Below, piece after piece: positions 26,111 through 36,039 of a stretch of DNA of 64,000 nucleotides. Numbering within the stretch: position 1 is the first letter of the stretch; the number at the start of each line of letters is the position of its first letter. The stretch lies in contig PHBX01000010.1 of the NCBI GenBank assembly GCA_002842045.1, positions 6,267-70,266 on the forward strand. The letters are read 5' to 3'. Source of the stretch: Chloroflexi bacterium HGW-Chloroflexi-3 (GTDB lineage Bacteria; Chloroflexota; Anaerolineae; Anaerolineales; Anaerolineaceae). The translations under genes and the position numbers were made by a program. Under the pieces are notes generated by a model. The model searched no databases, had not been told where the DNA came from, and was given only the letters and a program-made list of their open reading frames with translations.

Positions 26111-26914
26111 CTAATGGGTTTCCGTGCCATGCGGAACAACTGCCATAACAGGAAAACCACCATTGATAATGGCAATGGGACCGTGCATAAAATCATAAAA
26201 TCCGCTGATAAGTATGCTTCTGCACTGACATAGGTCAGTTCCTTTAATTTCAAAGCCCATTCATAGGCTGTTGAATAGTTATAACCGCGTCCCAAGACGA
26301 CACATTGCTACATATAACGGTAGCGTTTGGCTGCATCCGCTATGTAGTTATCCAGTTTCGATACCTGTTCGACCCAGTTGGGGACCTGGTCTATTTCCTG
26401 CCGGCTTTGCTTAACTTCATTCAATGCCGTGGATAAAAGGGCTAAAATCATCAATTCTGCTGTGTATGTTTTGGTTGCTGCGACTGCATGCTCAGGACCA
26501 GCCAGCAAACCCAACACAAAATCAGCGGCGTTCCCCAAAGGAGAATCAGGTTGATTGGTGATAGCAATGCTCAGGCAATTTTGTTCTCTGCCATTCTGCA
26601 AAACACTGACAATATCAGGAGATTGACCGGATTGTGAAATGCCAATTACCAAAGCATTATGCAGTTTTGGAGGTGTTTGATAGTTTGTGTACAGGGAGGG
26701 AACCGCTAAAGCCACGGGCAGGTGATTGGCGGTTGCCTAAAAGATAATTGGCGTAGCGACTGGCATTATCCGATGTTCCACGAGCTGCCAGAAGAACCAT
26801 CTGAATTTCCTTTTGCTTAATCACCTGAGCAACTTGCTTAATTTGATTATATTGATGGATAATAAGTTCTTCTAAACGCTGGGGTTGCTCGTAGATTTCG
26901 GAAAATAAACTCAT
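26111..26914 (-). pseudogene. decayed SIS-domain sugar-phosphate isomerase/aminotransferase-like gene (GlmS C-terminal / AgaS-like)
   Basis: Three ORF pieces (26657..26914, 26308..26715, 26032..26295) carry SIS motifs ([38 protein letters not shown]). Lesions: a frameshift near 26715; an in-frame TAG at 26305-26307; an 8-nt tandem duplication ATAAAATC/ATAAAATC at 26187-26202 that breaks ..ADFM|HGPIAI... The 3' end is missing. Confidence 0.65.
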
Positions 26915-28470
26915 CTTTGTCCTTTTCCAGCTTGCATCAGGGATATAGTCCCAAACAAGCGTTTATAACTCGGAGGATTAGCATCGGAAAAGAGCGCATA
27001 GCCAACGTTTTTGACATCTAATTGTTTCAGAAGAGAAGGTAAGCGCTGATGAAAACTGGTGAGATCCTTTTTCCTGTTATCCAACCAGGCTGTTTCTGCT
27101 ACGGCTAAAAGACGGGGAAAGATTTGCCAATCCAAACGTTCTCGATTGGGCACAAATTCGGTCCAAAGCGGGGTCTCAATACCCAGAATATTGTGGTGAA
27201 ATTCAGGCTCCAGTTGTTTGAAAACGGGTTCATATTGATAGACTTTATCCAAGGAACTATGCGCGTAGCCATGATCAAGATAATATGCACCAAAATTGGA
27301 TAAGATAGCCTTGCGACCTGAACGAATATGCTTCAGCAAAATTTTTTCACGTCCCACCCAATATTGAACTACTGCATTGGGATCCAGTCCATCAGCGAGC
27401 ATCTCATTCCAACCGATTAGCGTACGTCCATGAGTACTCAGAAAATGGCTGATGCGGTTGGTCAGAATGGTCTGCAGCTCGTTGATCCTGGCAACTCCAT
27501 TTTCTCTGGCGAGCTGCTTGCAATCCGGGCAACTCTTCCAGCGGGTTTTTGGGGCTTCATCCCCACCAGTGTGGATAAATTTCCCGGGGAATAGCTCCAG
27601 TATTTCTGTGAGCACATTCTGCAGAAAAGTGCTGGTTCCTGGTTTTCCCGGGCACATAATGTCAGCGTGGATACCCCAACGCGGGGAGACTTGATAGGGA
27701 CCACCTGTGCAACCTAATTCCGGATAAGCAGCCAGAGCAGCCTGAGAGTGCCCGGGCATCTCGATTTCTGGGACGATCTGGATGTGTCGTTCAGCTGCAT
27801 AGGACACGATCTCTTGAATCTCAGCCTGGGTGTAAAAACCGGAATGGGGGATAGCATTCAGTTGTTTACCTAAAAAGCCGCTGACCTGGCTGGCAGAGCG
27901 AGACGCGCCAACTTCAATCAGCCTTGGATACTTATTAATTTCAATACGCCAGCCCTGGTCTTCTGTAAGATGCCAGTGGAAGATGTTTAGTTTGAAATAT
28001 GCCATCCAGTCCAGTAAATCTTTGACTGTCTGCATGCCCTGAAAATGACGGGCTTCATCCAGCATAAATCCTCGCCAGGCAAACCGCGGTTGATCGGTGA
28101 TGTGCACACAGGGCAGGGAAAGTTCAAGTTTTCCTGGTTCGTAAGCAGCCAGGATCAATTGTAGTAATGTTTGCAGAGCATAAAATACTCCATGACTATC
28201 AGCAGCGATGATCTCAATCTGCTGTTCCGGGAGGATCTTCAATTGGTAGGCTTCCACAGCCAGGGCTGAATCAATATAAATATTAAGCTGAGAATCCTCA
28301 AAACTATCACCTAGGATTGGGCGAAAATCTACCGGCAAGGCATCAAGAAACGATAGAATTTCAGTCACATTCGAATCCACAGCGATGCCTATCTGGGCTG
28401 ACCATCGAAAATGACCAGGCAAAAGATCGACTTGTAATGGATATGGAATGAGCGGTAAAGGAGCATTCAT
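26911..28470 (-). CDS. GH20 beta-N-acetylhexosaminidase
   Basis: 519 aa. Family pattern RGFMLDEARHF, FHWHLTEDQGWR, EIEMPGH, HTGGDE. Confidence 0.85.
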   Translation of the reverse strand: MNAPLPLIPYPLQVDLLPGHFRWSAQIGIAVDSNVTEILSFLDALPVDFRPILGDSFEDSQLNIYIDSALAVEAYQLKILPEQQIEIIAADSHGVFYALQTLLQLILAAYEPGKLELSLPCVHITDQPRFAWRGFMLDEARHFQGMQTVKDLLDWMAYFKLNIFHWHLTEDQGWRIEINKYPRLIEVGASRSASQVSGFLGKQLNAIPHSGFYTQAEIQEIVSYAAERHIQIVPEIEMPGHSQAALAAYPELGCTGGPYQVSPRWGIHADIMCPGKPGTSTFLQNVLTEILELFPGKFIHTGGDEAPKTRWKSCPDCKQLARENGVARINELQTILTNRISHFLSTHGRTLIGWNEMLADGLDPNAVVQYWVGREKILLKHIRSGRKAILSNFGAYYLDHGYAHSSLDKVYQYEPVFKQLEPEFHHNILGIETPLWTEFVPNRERLDWQIFPRLLAVAETAWLDNRKKDLTSFHQRLPSLLKQLDVKNVGYALFSDANPPSYKRLFGTISLMQAGKGQR

Positions 28471-28814
28471 GTATTTTCGAAAAAAGCTGCTCCTCCAAAA
28501 TTTTTCACTATCAAACCAATCGGGATAAAGTACATATTGGCAACGCTGTGCTCCGTCCCGGCAGCCACGAAAGCAGTGATGGGAAAGAGGATTGCCAGGA
28601 TTTTATCGGTGGTGGTGCCGGCTGAAAAAGTCAACCAGACCGCCAGACATACCAATGCGTTACAGATTACACCCAGCCCGATGAATGCCTCTGCCAAAAT
28701 ACTCAGGAAAAAGAGAGTTAGAAAATCGAGATTTGCCTTGCGCAAACCGACATCTTCGGCTTTTTGTGCCATCTCCGTTGGCAGCAAAGAGTCAATGTGA
28801 ATATGGTTGATCAT
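28467..28814 (-). pseudogene. internally deleted formate/nitrite transporter (FNT) family remnant
   Basis: 115 aa where about 270 are expected. The N-terminal FNT start (..AQKAEDVGLRKANLDFLTLFFLSILAEAFIGLG) is joined directly to C-terminal FNT segments (ICNALVCLAVW.., AAGTEHSVANMYFIP). Confidence 0.55.
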
Positions 28815-29099
28815 AGATCACCTCAGAAAAAAGCAAATATTAAAAACAATCAGTATAGGAATATTGTAGCCCTAATTGGATGAAAAATTAATGAATTTAT
28901 GTAGTGTGAATCACAATTTAAATCATAATTTGTGACATCGATTTAGAAAAATCATCGAATTCACAATTTTAAGAATTTTGGTAACTTTTCGATTGGTAGA
29001 CGGAAGTACAAATCAATACTTTAAATTAAGGATGAAGAATGATGCGAAAAATATTATCCAAAGATAAACTTCAAACACTACTGGAGGACCAATTAGCCA

Positions 29100-29735
29100 G
29101 AGCAACTTGAATTTCAAATTACGCTGAAAGAAGCGATAGAAACAATCCCGGAATTTTTGATGGGATTTGATTACGCCCGGACCCATTCCGGGCTGGGTCG
29201 CTTACCTAAAATTTATGATTATTGTGAAAGAATTTCATTCCACTACCATCAACAAAAAAAGATGCTGCTCTGGTTGGGCGGAAACCAAAGGAAGAAGCAT
29301 ATTTTTTCCCGGGTGAGGTGGCTTTAGACTCTCATCCCGAAACATTTTTTGGAGTGCACCCATATATTGCCAGGCCTGAAAACAGGGAAATCCTTCTACC
29401 TCATCTGATTGATTGGAAGGATGATCGGATTTTAAAACACTCGCGGGGTTACCACACATTCCATGAAGATGGGTTTCACATCCCGGCAGGAATCCCGCAT
29501 GCACCTGGGACTGCTTTGACCGTTGAGTGAGGATTCGGATGTTTTTGCTGTCCTCCAGGCTATGTTAGGGGGAAAATTGGTCTCGAAAGAGTTGATATTT
29601 AAAGATATTCGCAAAGAAGATTGTGAAACATTTGGCGAGAGAATTGTGTTGAATCAGATTGTTTGTTTGCCACCAGAAAGCAACCCAACCAATCAAGGTT
29701 CAAAATACTGGAAAAAAACCATTGGTATTATTTAA
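29100..29735 (+). pseudogene. frameshifted cupin-type sugar isomerase-like remnant (mannose-6-phosphate-isomerase-like)
   Basis: Coding-looking pieces lie in at least three frames (..ISFHYHQQKK.., ..EAYFFPGEV..FGVHPYIARPEN..HTFHEDGFHIPAGIPHAPGTALT.., ..EDSDVFAVLQAM..). The family assignment is tentative. Confidence 0.3.
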
Positions 29736-29918
29736 ATTTTTTGGGACAGACATCAATCAGGATAATCCAATGATAGAACCGTATCAGGTCTAATTGACTG
29801 TCACATAAACCTGTTATCAGCTGTAAAAAACTTCACAAAGTCTAAATCGCATTTTAATAACTTCTTAACAAGTTCAAGATAATATCTAAACAATATTATT
29901 CATAATTAAGGAGTACAA

Positions 29919-30275
29919 ATGGGTAAAGAACTTTCAAAGCAGACCAGACAAAACTGGCAAATCAATGCTTTTTTATTTTTAAGTGCGATTTTAGCATCTC
30001 TTTCAGGAATATATTTTTTGTACTTTCCTGAGGGCTTTATGGGTGGTCGAAATCCACTCTATAATGTGACGGTTATTTTCAACCGAACGACCTGGGATGT
30101 GATTCACACCTGGAGTGGTGTGGGGATGATTGCTATCGCAACACTCCACATCATCATTCACTGGAAATGGGTCACCAAAGTAACCAGACGGTATTTTTCA
30201 AACGAGAAGCGGGTTGTGAATCCTGTAATTTCCAGAGAACAACCTGTTATTGTTCAAACTGAAACACAACAATAA
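29919..30275 (+). CDS. DUF4405-like small membrane protein
   Basis: 118 aa with three hydrophobic segments and HTWSGVGMIAIATLHIIIHWKW, typical of DUF4405. Confidence 0.5.
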   Translation: MGKELSKQTRQNWQINAFLFLSAILASLSGIYFLYFPEGFMGGRNPLYNVTVIFNRTTWDVIHTWSGVGMIAIATLHIIIHWKWVTKVTRRYFSNEKRVVNPVISREQPVIVQTETQQ

Positions 30276-30300
30276 TAAAAATTACGGAAGGAATTCGATA

Positions 30301-30870
30301 ATGATTAAGCAAATTATTTTAGGGGTTTTGTTTGTAGGACTGAGTGGATTTTTAATCTTCGGCGCAGTCAACCGAACATTGGCAAAAACCAATGGTGTAA
30401 GAACAGAAGTAATTGGGGGTGGTAGATATCAAAGTGAAGAAATTGGCCTCGCAAAAGTTTCAGAGGATGAAAATCCATACGGGAGAAATCAGTCATTAAA
30501 TCGCTCATTGAATCGGTCGGAGACAGATCCACAGTATGGGAATGGTGGGGGATCGCAGGTTGGTGATCGGACAGGTGTTCCGGATCCACAGGCAACTGCT
30601 GGAGAATGGGCAGAATATGAGGGCAATGTCATCAGCATAGATTCCTCTATGATTTTGGTGGAGACGGATGATGGGAGCGAGATTGTGATTGAAGGACGGG
30701 CACTCGTTTTCATGCAAGATTCCGGGTTTGTCACCCATGTTGGCAATACTTTGTTCATCACTGGTTTTTATGAAGATGATGAATACAAGGTTACGACCAT
30801 TATTGACCATACCACCGGTAAGACGATAGTGGTGCGAGACGAGGGAGGACGTCCAGTCAGTAATTTGTAA
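30301..30870 (+). CDS. hypothetical membrane-anchored/secreted protein
   Basis: The likely start is ATG 30301 (MIKQIILGVLFVGLSGFLIFGAV), preceded by GGAAGG. No family recognised. Confidence 0.4.
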   Translation: MIKQIILGVLFVGLSGFLIFGAVNRTLAKTNGVRTEVIGGGRYQSEEIGLAKVSEDENPYGRNQSLNRSLNRSETDPQYGNGGGSQVGDRTGVPDPQATAGEWAEYEGNVISIDSSMILVETDDGSEIVIEGRALVFMQDSGFVTHVGNTLFITGFYEDDEYKVTTIIDHTTGKTIVVRDEGGRPVSNL

Positions 30871-32010
30871 TTAACTTTTGGATGGAATAATAAAATTCAT
30901 GTAATTTTTCTGATTAATTGTGATGAACTCAGCATTTGAATATGTTTCTTTCCAATGTTTTGGGGCAAAAGTTTCTTTATTATGTGACCATTTAAATTCG
31001 TAACCATAGAGCATTCCATCTCGTTCTTCCACCAGATCAATTTCTTGTTGATCATATGTTCGCCAAAAATAGGGATTTGCTGGCATACGACTATAAGATC
31101 GAAGTTTTAATCTTTCAATCATTAGGAAGTTTTCCCATAATTGACCGACATCGTTTCTTTGGTCCAAATTATTGAATTGTGCTATAAGAGCGTTTCTTAT
31201 ACCTGTATCCAGAAAATAATATTTCGACTTGCTGGTTACTTCCTTTCTCAGGTTACGGCTAAAACCATTTAATCTGTAGATGACAAATGCTTTTTCAAGA
31301 AGGTCTAAGTATCTTTGTACTGTTTTTACATCGATACTAAGCTGTGTAGCCAATTCATTCAATGAAACCTCACAACCCAGTTGAAATGCAAGCAGTTTCA
31401 GAAGATCTAATAATATCCGTGAGCTTTTGACTCTTTCAAAAACCAATAAATCTTTCAATAAATAAGAATTAGCAATTTCATTGATGATATCAATTCTCTC
31501 AATATGTGATGAGGTTTGTAAGACTTCAGGATAACCGCCAAAAATGAGATAATTCGGTAGATTTTGCACCAGTTCATAACGGTTATAGGTTTGTGCCAAT
31601 TCCATATGAGACAATGGATAGAGTACCAAAGTCTGTTTTCTACCAGTAAGAGGTTCACCAACCTGACCAGCCAATTCAAACGATGACGATCCAGTTGCGA
31701 TAACTTTTATCCCAGGAACTTGATCAACTATAATTTTTAAACCCATTCCAATATTCGGAATATTTTGAGCTTCATCAATAGCAATCAGTTCATACCCTTC
31801 GACATAGTCCAATATTTTGGAAAAATCCTGGGAACTTAATATTTGTTGTGTCAGTATATTGTCCCCTGAATCTAATTTATATTTTAGGGTGGTCTCCGAC
31901 AAAGTTTTTTGAAGTAAAGTTGTTTTACCAACACGTCTTGGTCCATAGATGAGTAAAACCCGGTTTGGTCTTAAGTATTTTTCAACAGGTTCAAATATTC
32001 GCGTAATCAT
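30871..32010 (-). CDS. AAA-family ATPase with DUF4143 domain
   Basis: Walker A YGPRRVGKTT and Walker B LIAIDEAQ, with a DUF4143-like C-terminus. The internal ATG at 32010 (MITRIFEP..) is the probable start rather than 32124. Confidence 0.8.
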   Translation of the reverse strand: MITRIFEPVEKYLRPNRVLLIYGPRRVGKTTLLQKTLSETTLKYKLDSGDNILTQQILSSQDFSKILDYVEGYELIAIDEAQNIPNIGMGLKIIVDQVPGIKVIATGSSSFELAGQVGEPLTGRKQTLVLYPLSHMELAQTYNRYELVQNLPNYLIFGGYPEVLQTSSHIERIDIINEIANSYLLKDLLVFERVKSSRILLDLLKLLAFQLGCEVSLNELATQLSIDVKTVQRYLDLLEKAFVIYRLNGFSRNLRKEVTSKSKYYFLDTGIRNALIAQFNNLDQRNDVGQLWENFLMIERLKLRSYSRMPANPYFWRTYDQQEIDLVEERDGMLYGYEFKWSHNKETFAPKHWKETYSNAEFITINQKNYMNFIIPSKS

Positions 32011-32253
32011 AATAAAATTATAGCATGATTCCATAAAATTACAATAATTTATGGAGTATAATTCCATAAATTTGACTTTTTGATTATTGAGGAAGTTCAT
32101 TGAAGATGAATTCAGATATTTCAACCCGGAACAGATACCGGGTGCGTAAGCTGAAGAAATTTTGAGGAAAAATTTGGCGAGTCATCCTTATTGAAGGAAG
32201 TCACTAAATCAGGTATGATTGGACAATTCTAAATTTTCCATTAGGACGTGTTT

Positions 32254-33363
32254 ATGCAGGTTCAACGAATCGTGATTAAATTAGGTACCTCCACCCTTAC
32301 CCAGGGGAAAACAGAAATCTCCATGGAGCATATGATTGAACTGGTGCGGGTAATCGCCAGGTTGCATCAGGAGGGGCATCAGGTGATTCTGGTCAGCTCA
32401 GGTGCGATGGCCGTTGGGAGATCGATCATGGGGCATCCGATTTTACCAAGACATATCCCAGCCAAACAGATGCTGGCAGCTGTGGGTCAATCGCGTTTGA
32501 TGGAGATTTATTCACAGCTTTTTGGCTATTACCACATCCCGGTGGGGCAGGTGTTATTAACACGAGAGGATTTATCCAACCGCCGGCGATATTTGAATGC
32601 CCGAAATACGCTTGAAGCCATGATCCAATATCGCGTGGTACCGGTGATCAATGAAAATGACACCATCAGCACAGAGGAAATCCGCCTGGGGGATAATGAC
32701 AACCTTTCAGCATTGGTATCAAATGTGGTCGAAGCCGATTTACTGGTGTTGTTTACCGATCAGGATGGTCTTTTCACCGCCGATCCACGTATAGATCCGA
32801 CAGCACGTGTGGTCAGGGAAATCTCAACCAACGATATTCCCGAGGAAATCTGGCGGGTGGCAGGCGGTACTGCCGGTGGATTAGGCACTGGCGGAATGTT
32901 CACCAAGATTCAAGCTGCTGACCTGGCTCGCAGATCAGGTTGTGCTGTGGTGATCTCAAATGGGAAACACCCCGAACGAATCTGGGACATTGTCGCCGGA
33001 AAAGCGGTAGGAACCAGTTTTACACCATTGATCACCAAAATGGAATCACGCAAGCGCTACATGCTGGCGGAAGCGCGCCATAATGGTGGCTGGCTGCAGT
33101 TGGATAAAGGGGCAGTGGTAGCTTTGCGGGATGGCGGCAGTCTGCTGCCGGTTGGAATTACGAAATCCGGTGGAAATTTTACGCGCGGAGATATCGTAAA
33201 ATTGAAAGATGATAAGGGTAAAGAGTTTGCCCTTGGAATGATTAATTACAACCATGAAGATTTATTAAAAATCATTGGTTTACAATCTCAGGAAATTGAG
33301 CAGGTGCTTGGGTATAACTATGGTATGGAAGTGGTACATCACAACAACCTGTTATTTCTTTGA
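32254..33363 (+). CDS. proB: glutamate 5-kinase with PUA domain
   Basis: IVIKLGTS.., VSSGA, INENDT, DNDNLSA, plus a C-terminal PUA-like domain. The listed ORF opens at GTG 32248; ATG 32254 is more likely. Confidence 0.9.
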   Translation: MQVQRIVIKLGTSTLTQGKTEISMEHMIELVRVIARLHQEGHQVILVSSGAMAVGRSIMGHPILPRHIPAKQMLAAVGQSRLMEIYSQLFGYYHIPVGQVLLTREDLSNRRRYLNARNTLEAMIQYRVVPVINENDTISTEEIRLGDNDNLSALVSNVVEADLLVLFTDQDGLFTADPRIDPTARVVREISTNDIPEEIWRVAGGTAGGLGTGGMFTKIQAADLARRSGCAVVISNGKHPERIWDIVAGKAVGTSFTPLITKMESRKRYMLAEARHNGGWLQLDKGAVVALRDGGSLLPVGITKSGGNFTRGDIVKLKDDKGKEFALGMINYNHEDLLKIIGLQSQEIEQVLGYNYGMEVVHHNNLLFL

Positions 33364-33379
33364 TCGATAAGGTGGCAAA

Positions 33380-34642
33380 ATGATTGACTTGCAGAAAATT
33401 GGACAAACAGCCCGTAATTCAGCACGAAAATTATCTCAAATATCAACACTACAAAAGAATGAATTTCTGGCTCTAATGGCAGAGCATTTAAGATACTATT
33501 CAGAAACCATTCTGGCAGCCAACCAGGCGGATATTAAACAGGCGAAATCAGCTGGCTTGAATATAGCGATGATAGACCGATTAATGTTGACCCAGGTACG
33601 TTTGGATGGTATATCAAAGGATTTAGAAGATTTGATTGCAATGCCCGATCCGGTGGGGGCCATCATCGAACAAAAAACGCTGCCCAATTCTCTCAAAGCT
33701 CGGCGTGTGCGGGTTCCTTTGGGTGTGATGGCGGTGATTTACGAAGCCCGCCCAAATGTAACCGTGGATATCAGCGCCTTGGGGATAAAGTCTGGTAATG
33801 CTGTAATTTTACGGGGTGGCAAGGAAACGCTGAATAGCAACAAAGCACTGGTGCAGGTGATCCAGGATTGCCTGGAAGTTGCACACATTCCGGTTGAAGC
33901 AGTGCAATTTATTGATGACCCTGATCGAGAGTTGGTCAATCAACTGGTGCGCATGGATCAATATGTGGATTTATTGATACCGCGGGGTGGCAATGCCCTG
34001 CAGGATTTCTGCAAAGCCAATGCCACCATGCCAGTGATGACAGGAGGGATTGGCATCTGCCACCTGTTTGTGGATGAATCAGCTGATCTGGATAAAGCGG
34101 TAGAAGTTATTCACAATGCCAAGGTGCAACGGCCATCGGTGTGCAATGCCTTGGATACACTTCTTGTGCATACTTCGGTGGCACGTGAATTCCTGCCAAA
34201 AGTTGCTGAGAGATTGATTCAGGAAAAAGTTCAATTAAAATGTGATCAAAATGTTTTGAAATATTTAGAAATGGATTTAGAAAAAGGAATTCTCTCTGCT
34301 GAAGATGGAGATTTTGATCAGGAATGGCTCAGTCTGGTTTTGGGTATTCGGGTTGTGGACTCAATTGATGCAGCCATTCATCACATCCATGAACACAGCA
34401 CCCAACATTCGGATGGTATTTTGACTGAAAATCGAGAACATGCCCAACGTTTTGTAAATGAGATTGATTCTGCTGCGGTGTATGTAAATGCCAGCACCCG
34501 ATTTACAGATGGCGCTCAATTGGGCTTGGGTGGTGAGGTGGCGGTTTCCACGCAAAAGCTGCATGCCCGTGGTCCGATTGGTCTGGAAGGCCTGACGACG
34601 TATAAGTGGGTGCTGGAAGGGGAATACACGGTCAGGCCATAG
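33380..34642 (+). CDS. proA: gamma-glutamyl phosphate reductase
   Basis: 420 aa. IYEARPNVT, ILRGGKE, PSVCNA (catalytic Cys), HSDGI. It follows proB by 16 nt. Confidence 0.9.
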   Translation: MIDLQKIGQTARNSARKLSQISTLQKNEFLALMAEHLRYYSETILAANQADIKQAKSAGLNIAMIDRLMLTQVRLDGISKDLEDLIAMPDPVGAIIEQKTLPNSLKARRVRVPLGVMAVIYEARPNVTVDISALGIKSGNAVILRGGKETLNSNKALVQVIQDCLEVAHIPVEAVQFIDDPDRELVNQLVRMDQYVDLLIPRGGNALQDFCKANATMPVMTGGIGICHLFVDESADLDKAVEVIHNAKVQRPSVCNALDTLLVHTSVAREFLPKVAERLIQEKVQLKCDQNVLKYLEMDLEKGILSAEDGDFDQEWLSLVLGIRVVDSIDAAIHHIHEHSTQHSDGILTENREHAQRFVNEIDSAAVYVNASTRFTDGAQLGLGGEVAVSTQKLHARGPIGLEGLTTYKWVLEGEYTVRP

Positions 34643-34713
34643 GCTGAAGGCTCAAGGCGCAAGTCAAAAATTCCTTTCAACTTCAGCCTTTAGCCTATGG
34701 CCTTTAGCCTATT
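34635..34713. repeat. inverted arrays of heptanucleotide repeats at a convergent gene junction
   Basis: Left arm GGCCATAGGCTGAAGGC (34635-34651) continues as AGGCTGA/AGGCTCA/AGGCGCA. Right arm GCCTTTAGCCTATGGCC (34686-34702) matches it 16/17 as an inverted repeat. A 14-nt unit GCCTTTAGCCTATG/T is tandemly duplicated at 34686-34713. The left arm overlaps the proA stop. Confidence 0.6.
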
Positions 34714-34716
34714 TAT

Positions 34717-34974
34717 TCATCTTTCCAGGGCTTGCATAAATGTGTTGGCCACCAGTGGTGTGGATTGCTGCCGGTGAGGGCTGGATCCCATTCCGCTGGC
34801 GGCAACGAAAGCATCAATCAATGCATTCATGCCTATTTTGCCTTGCTGCTTGGCTTGAAAATATGCCATACCAGCTGTGACCAGGTCGCCTACATCTAAT
34901 GTCTGTTGATTTTTGCTTAAAGCTTTCATGACCTGAGTAAAAACTTTTACGAGGTCTACTGATTGTTCTCTCAT
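34717..34974 (-). CDS. hypothetical small protein
   Basis: 85-aa ORF. No family recognised. Confidence 0.3.
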   Translation of the reverse strand: MREQSVDLVKVFTQVMKALSKNQQTLDVGDLVTAGMAYFQAKQQGKIGMNALIDAFVAASGMGSSPHRQQSTPLVANTFMQALER

Positions 34975-34988
34975 CGATGTTACCTTGT

Positions 34989-35330
34989 TTACTTATTTTT
35001 CAATTCATCCGGCAAAGGAGGAATTTCAATTTCTGTTCCGGTTTTGATGTGATTGGGATGATCTCCTATGATGTGTTTGTTGTGCTCATAGATCAAACGC
35101 CAGTATGCTTCTTTCATGGAACCACAATGCTTGTATGCCAGTTCAGCATACGTGTCCTGGTTGGTCCAGACATGCTTGATTATTGCTGCTTTGGCTGCAG
35201 CTTCATCGGCTAGCTTCTCTTCCAATTCGGCTTTTCTTGCAGCAGCTTTTTCATCACGATCTGTCAAGGCATCAATTGCTTTATCCAGTAAACTTTTCAG
35301 CTGGAGATAGTTCCAATGAGAATGGGACAT
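34989..35330 (-). CDS. coiled-coil protein with C-terminal LysM-like domain
   Basis: The likely start is M33 of the listed ORF (MSHSHW.., 35330). An Ala/Lys/Glu-rich helix is followed by HVWTNQDTYAELAYKHCGS...IIGDHPNHIKTGTEIEIP, which fits the LysM pattern. Confidence 0.45.
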   Translation of the reverse strand: MSHSHWNYLQLKSLLDKAIDALTDRDEKAAARKAELEEKLADEAAAKAAIIKHVWTNQDTYAELAYKHCGSMKEAYWRLIYEHNKHIIGDHPNHIKTGTEIEIPPLPDELKNK

Positions 35331-36019
35331 TATATGAATACCAGAATTGCTTTGGACCATCCTGGGGGCAGCTCTTGCCAGATTTGAGGGTGGTTCCAGG
35401 TAATCATGATTATTACAGCAATCCAATGGAAAATTACTGGATTTATTTTGATGGCGTGGCGGGAGAACCGGGTAAAGGCTGGTATTCTTTTGAACACGGT
35501 GACTGGCATATCGTGATGCTGAACTCCAATTGCGGGTACGTAGGTTGTGGTACTTCTTCCGAACAGATAGCCTGGTTAAAACAGGATCTGGCGCTTAGTA
35601 AAAACCAATGTTCCCTGGCAATCTGGCATCATCCACGTTTTAATTCCGGTATCGCCGGAAATGCGGATTGGTTGTACACTTTCTGGGATGTGCTGTATGA
35701 GCAGGGTGTGGATGTGGTGGTGAATGGACATGACCATCATTACGAGCGCATGGCAAAAATTAATCCGCAAGGTGAACTGGATGGTTTGTTTGGGATCCGC
35801 TCGTTTATTGTTGGTACAGGAGTGGCCGGCTTTTACAATATTGATCAGATTCAACCCTTCAGTGAAGTACGCATTCTCAATCAATTCGGAATTATTCAAT
35901 TCGAGTTGGGGGCTCAAAGCTTCACTTGGAAATTTATAAACCTGGACGGTCAGATTTTGGATCAGGGGGCAGATAGTTGCTCACCAAATCTACAAACGTT
36001 TGATTTTATCCAATATTAA
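35303..36019 (+). pseudogene. 5'-truncated calcineurin-like metallophosphoesterase
   Basis: Similarity starts at ..GDSSNENGT..VVPGNHDY.. and continues through WHHP.. and VVNGHDHHYER. The first metal-binding DxH motif and any signal peptide are missing. The upstream part of the ORF is antisense to the LysM gene. Confidence 0.5.
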
Positions 36020-36039
36020 GATCAATCCAGCACTCAGGA

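Noticed and set aside
28905-28975. Repeated TCACAAT / inverted TTGTGA motifs upstream of the FNT remnant, considered as a CRP/FNR-type site.
   Set aside because: The spacing does not fit TGTGA-N6-TCACA, and the downstream gene is a pseudogene. No support beyond short AT-rich repeats.
34977-35310. Plus-strand ORFs 34977..35213 and 35116..35310, and the 5' part of 35183..36019.
   Set aside because: They are antisense to the Ala/Lys/Glu-rich coiled-coil gene. GCn/AAG repeats read as Ala/Ser/Leu-rich ORFs on the opposite strand, so they are compositional artefacts.
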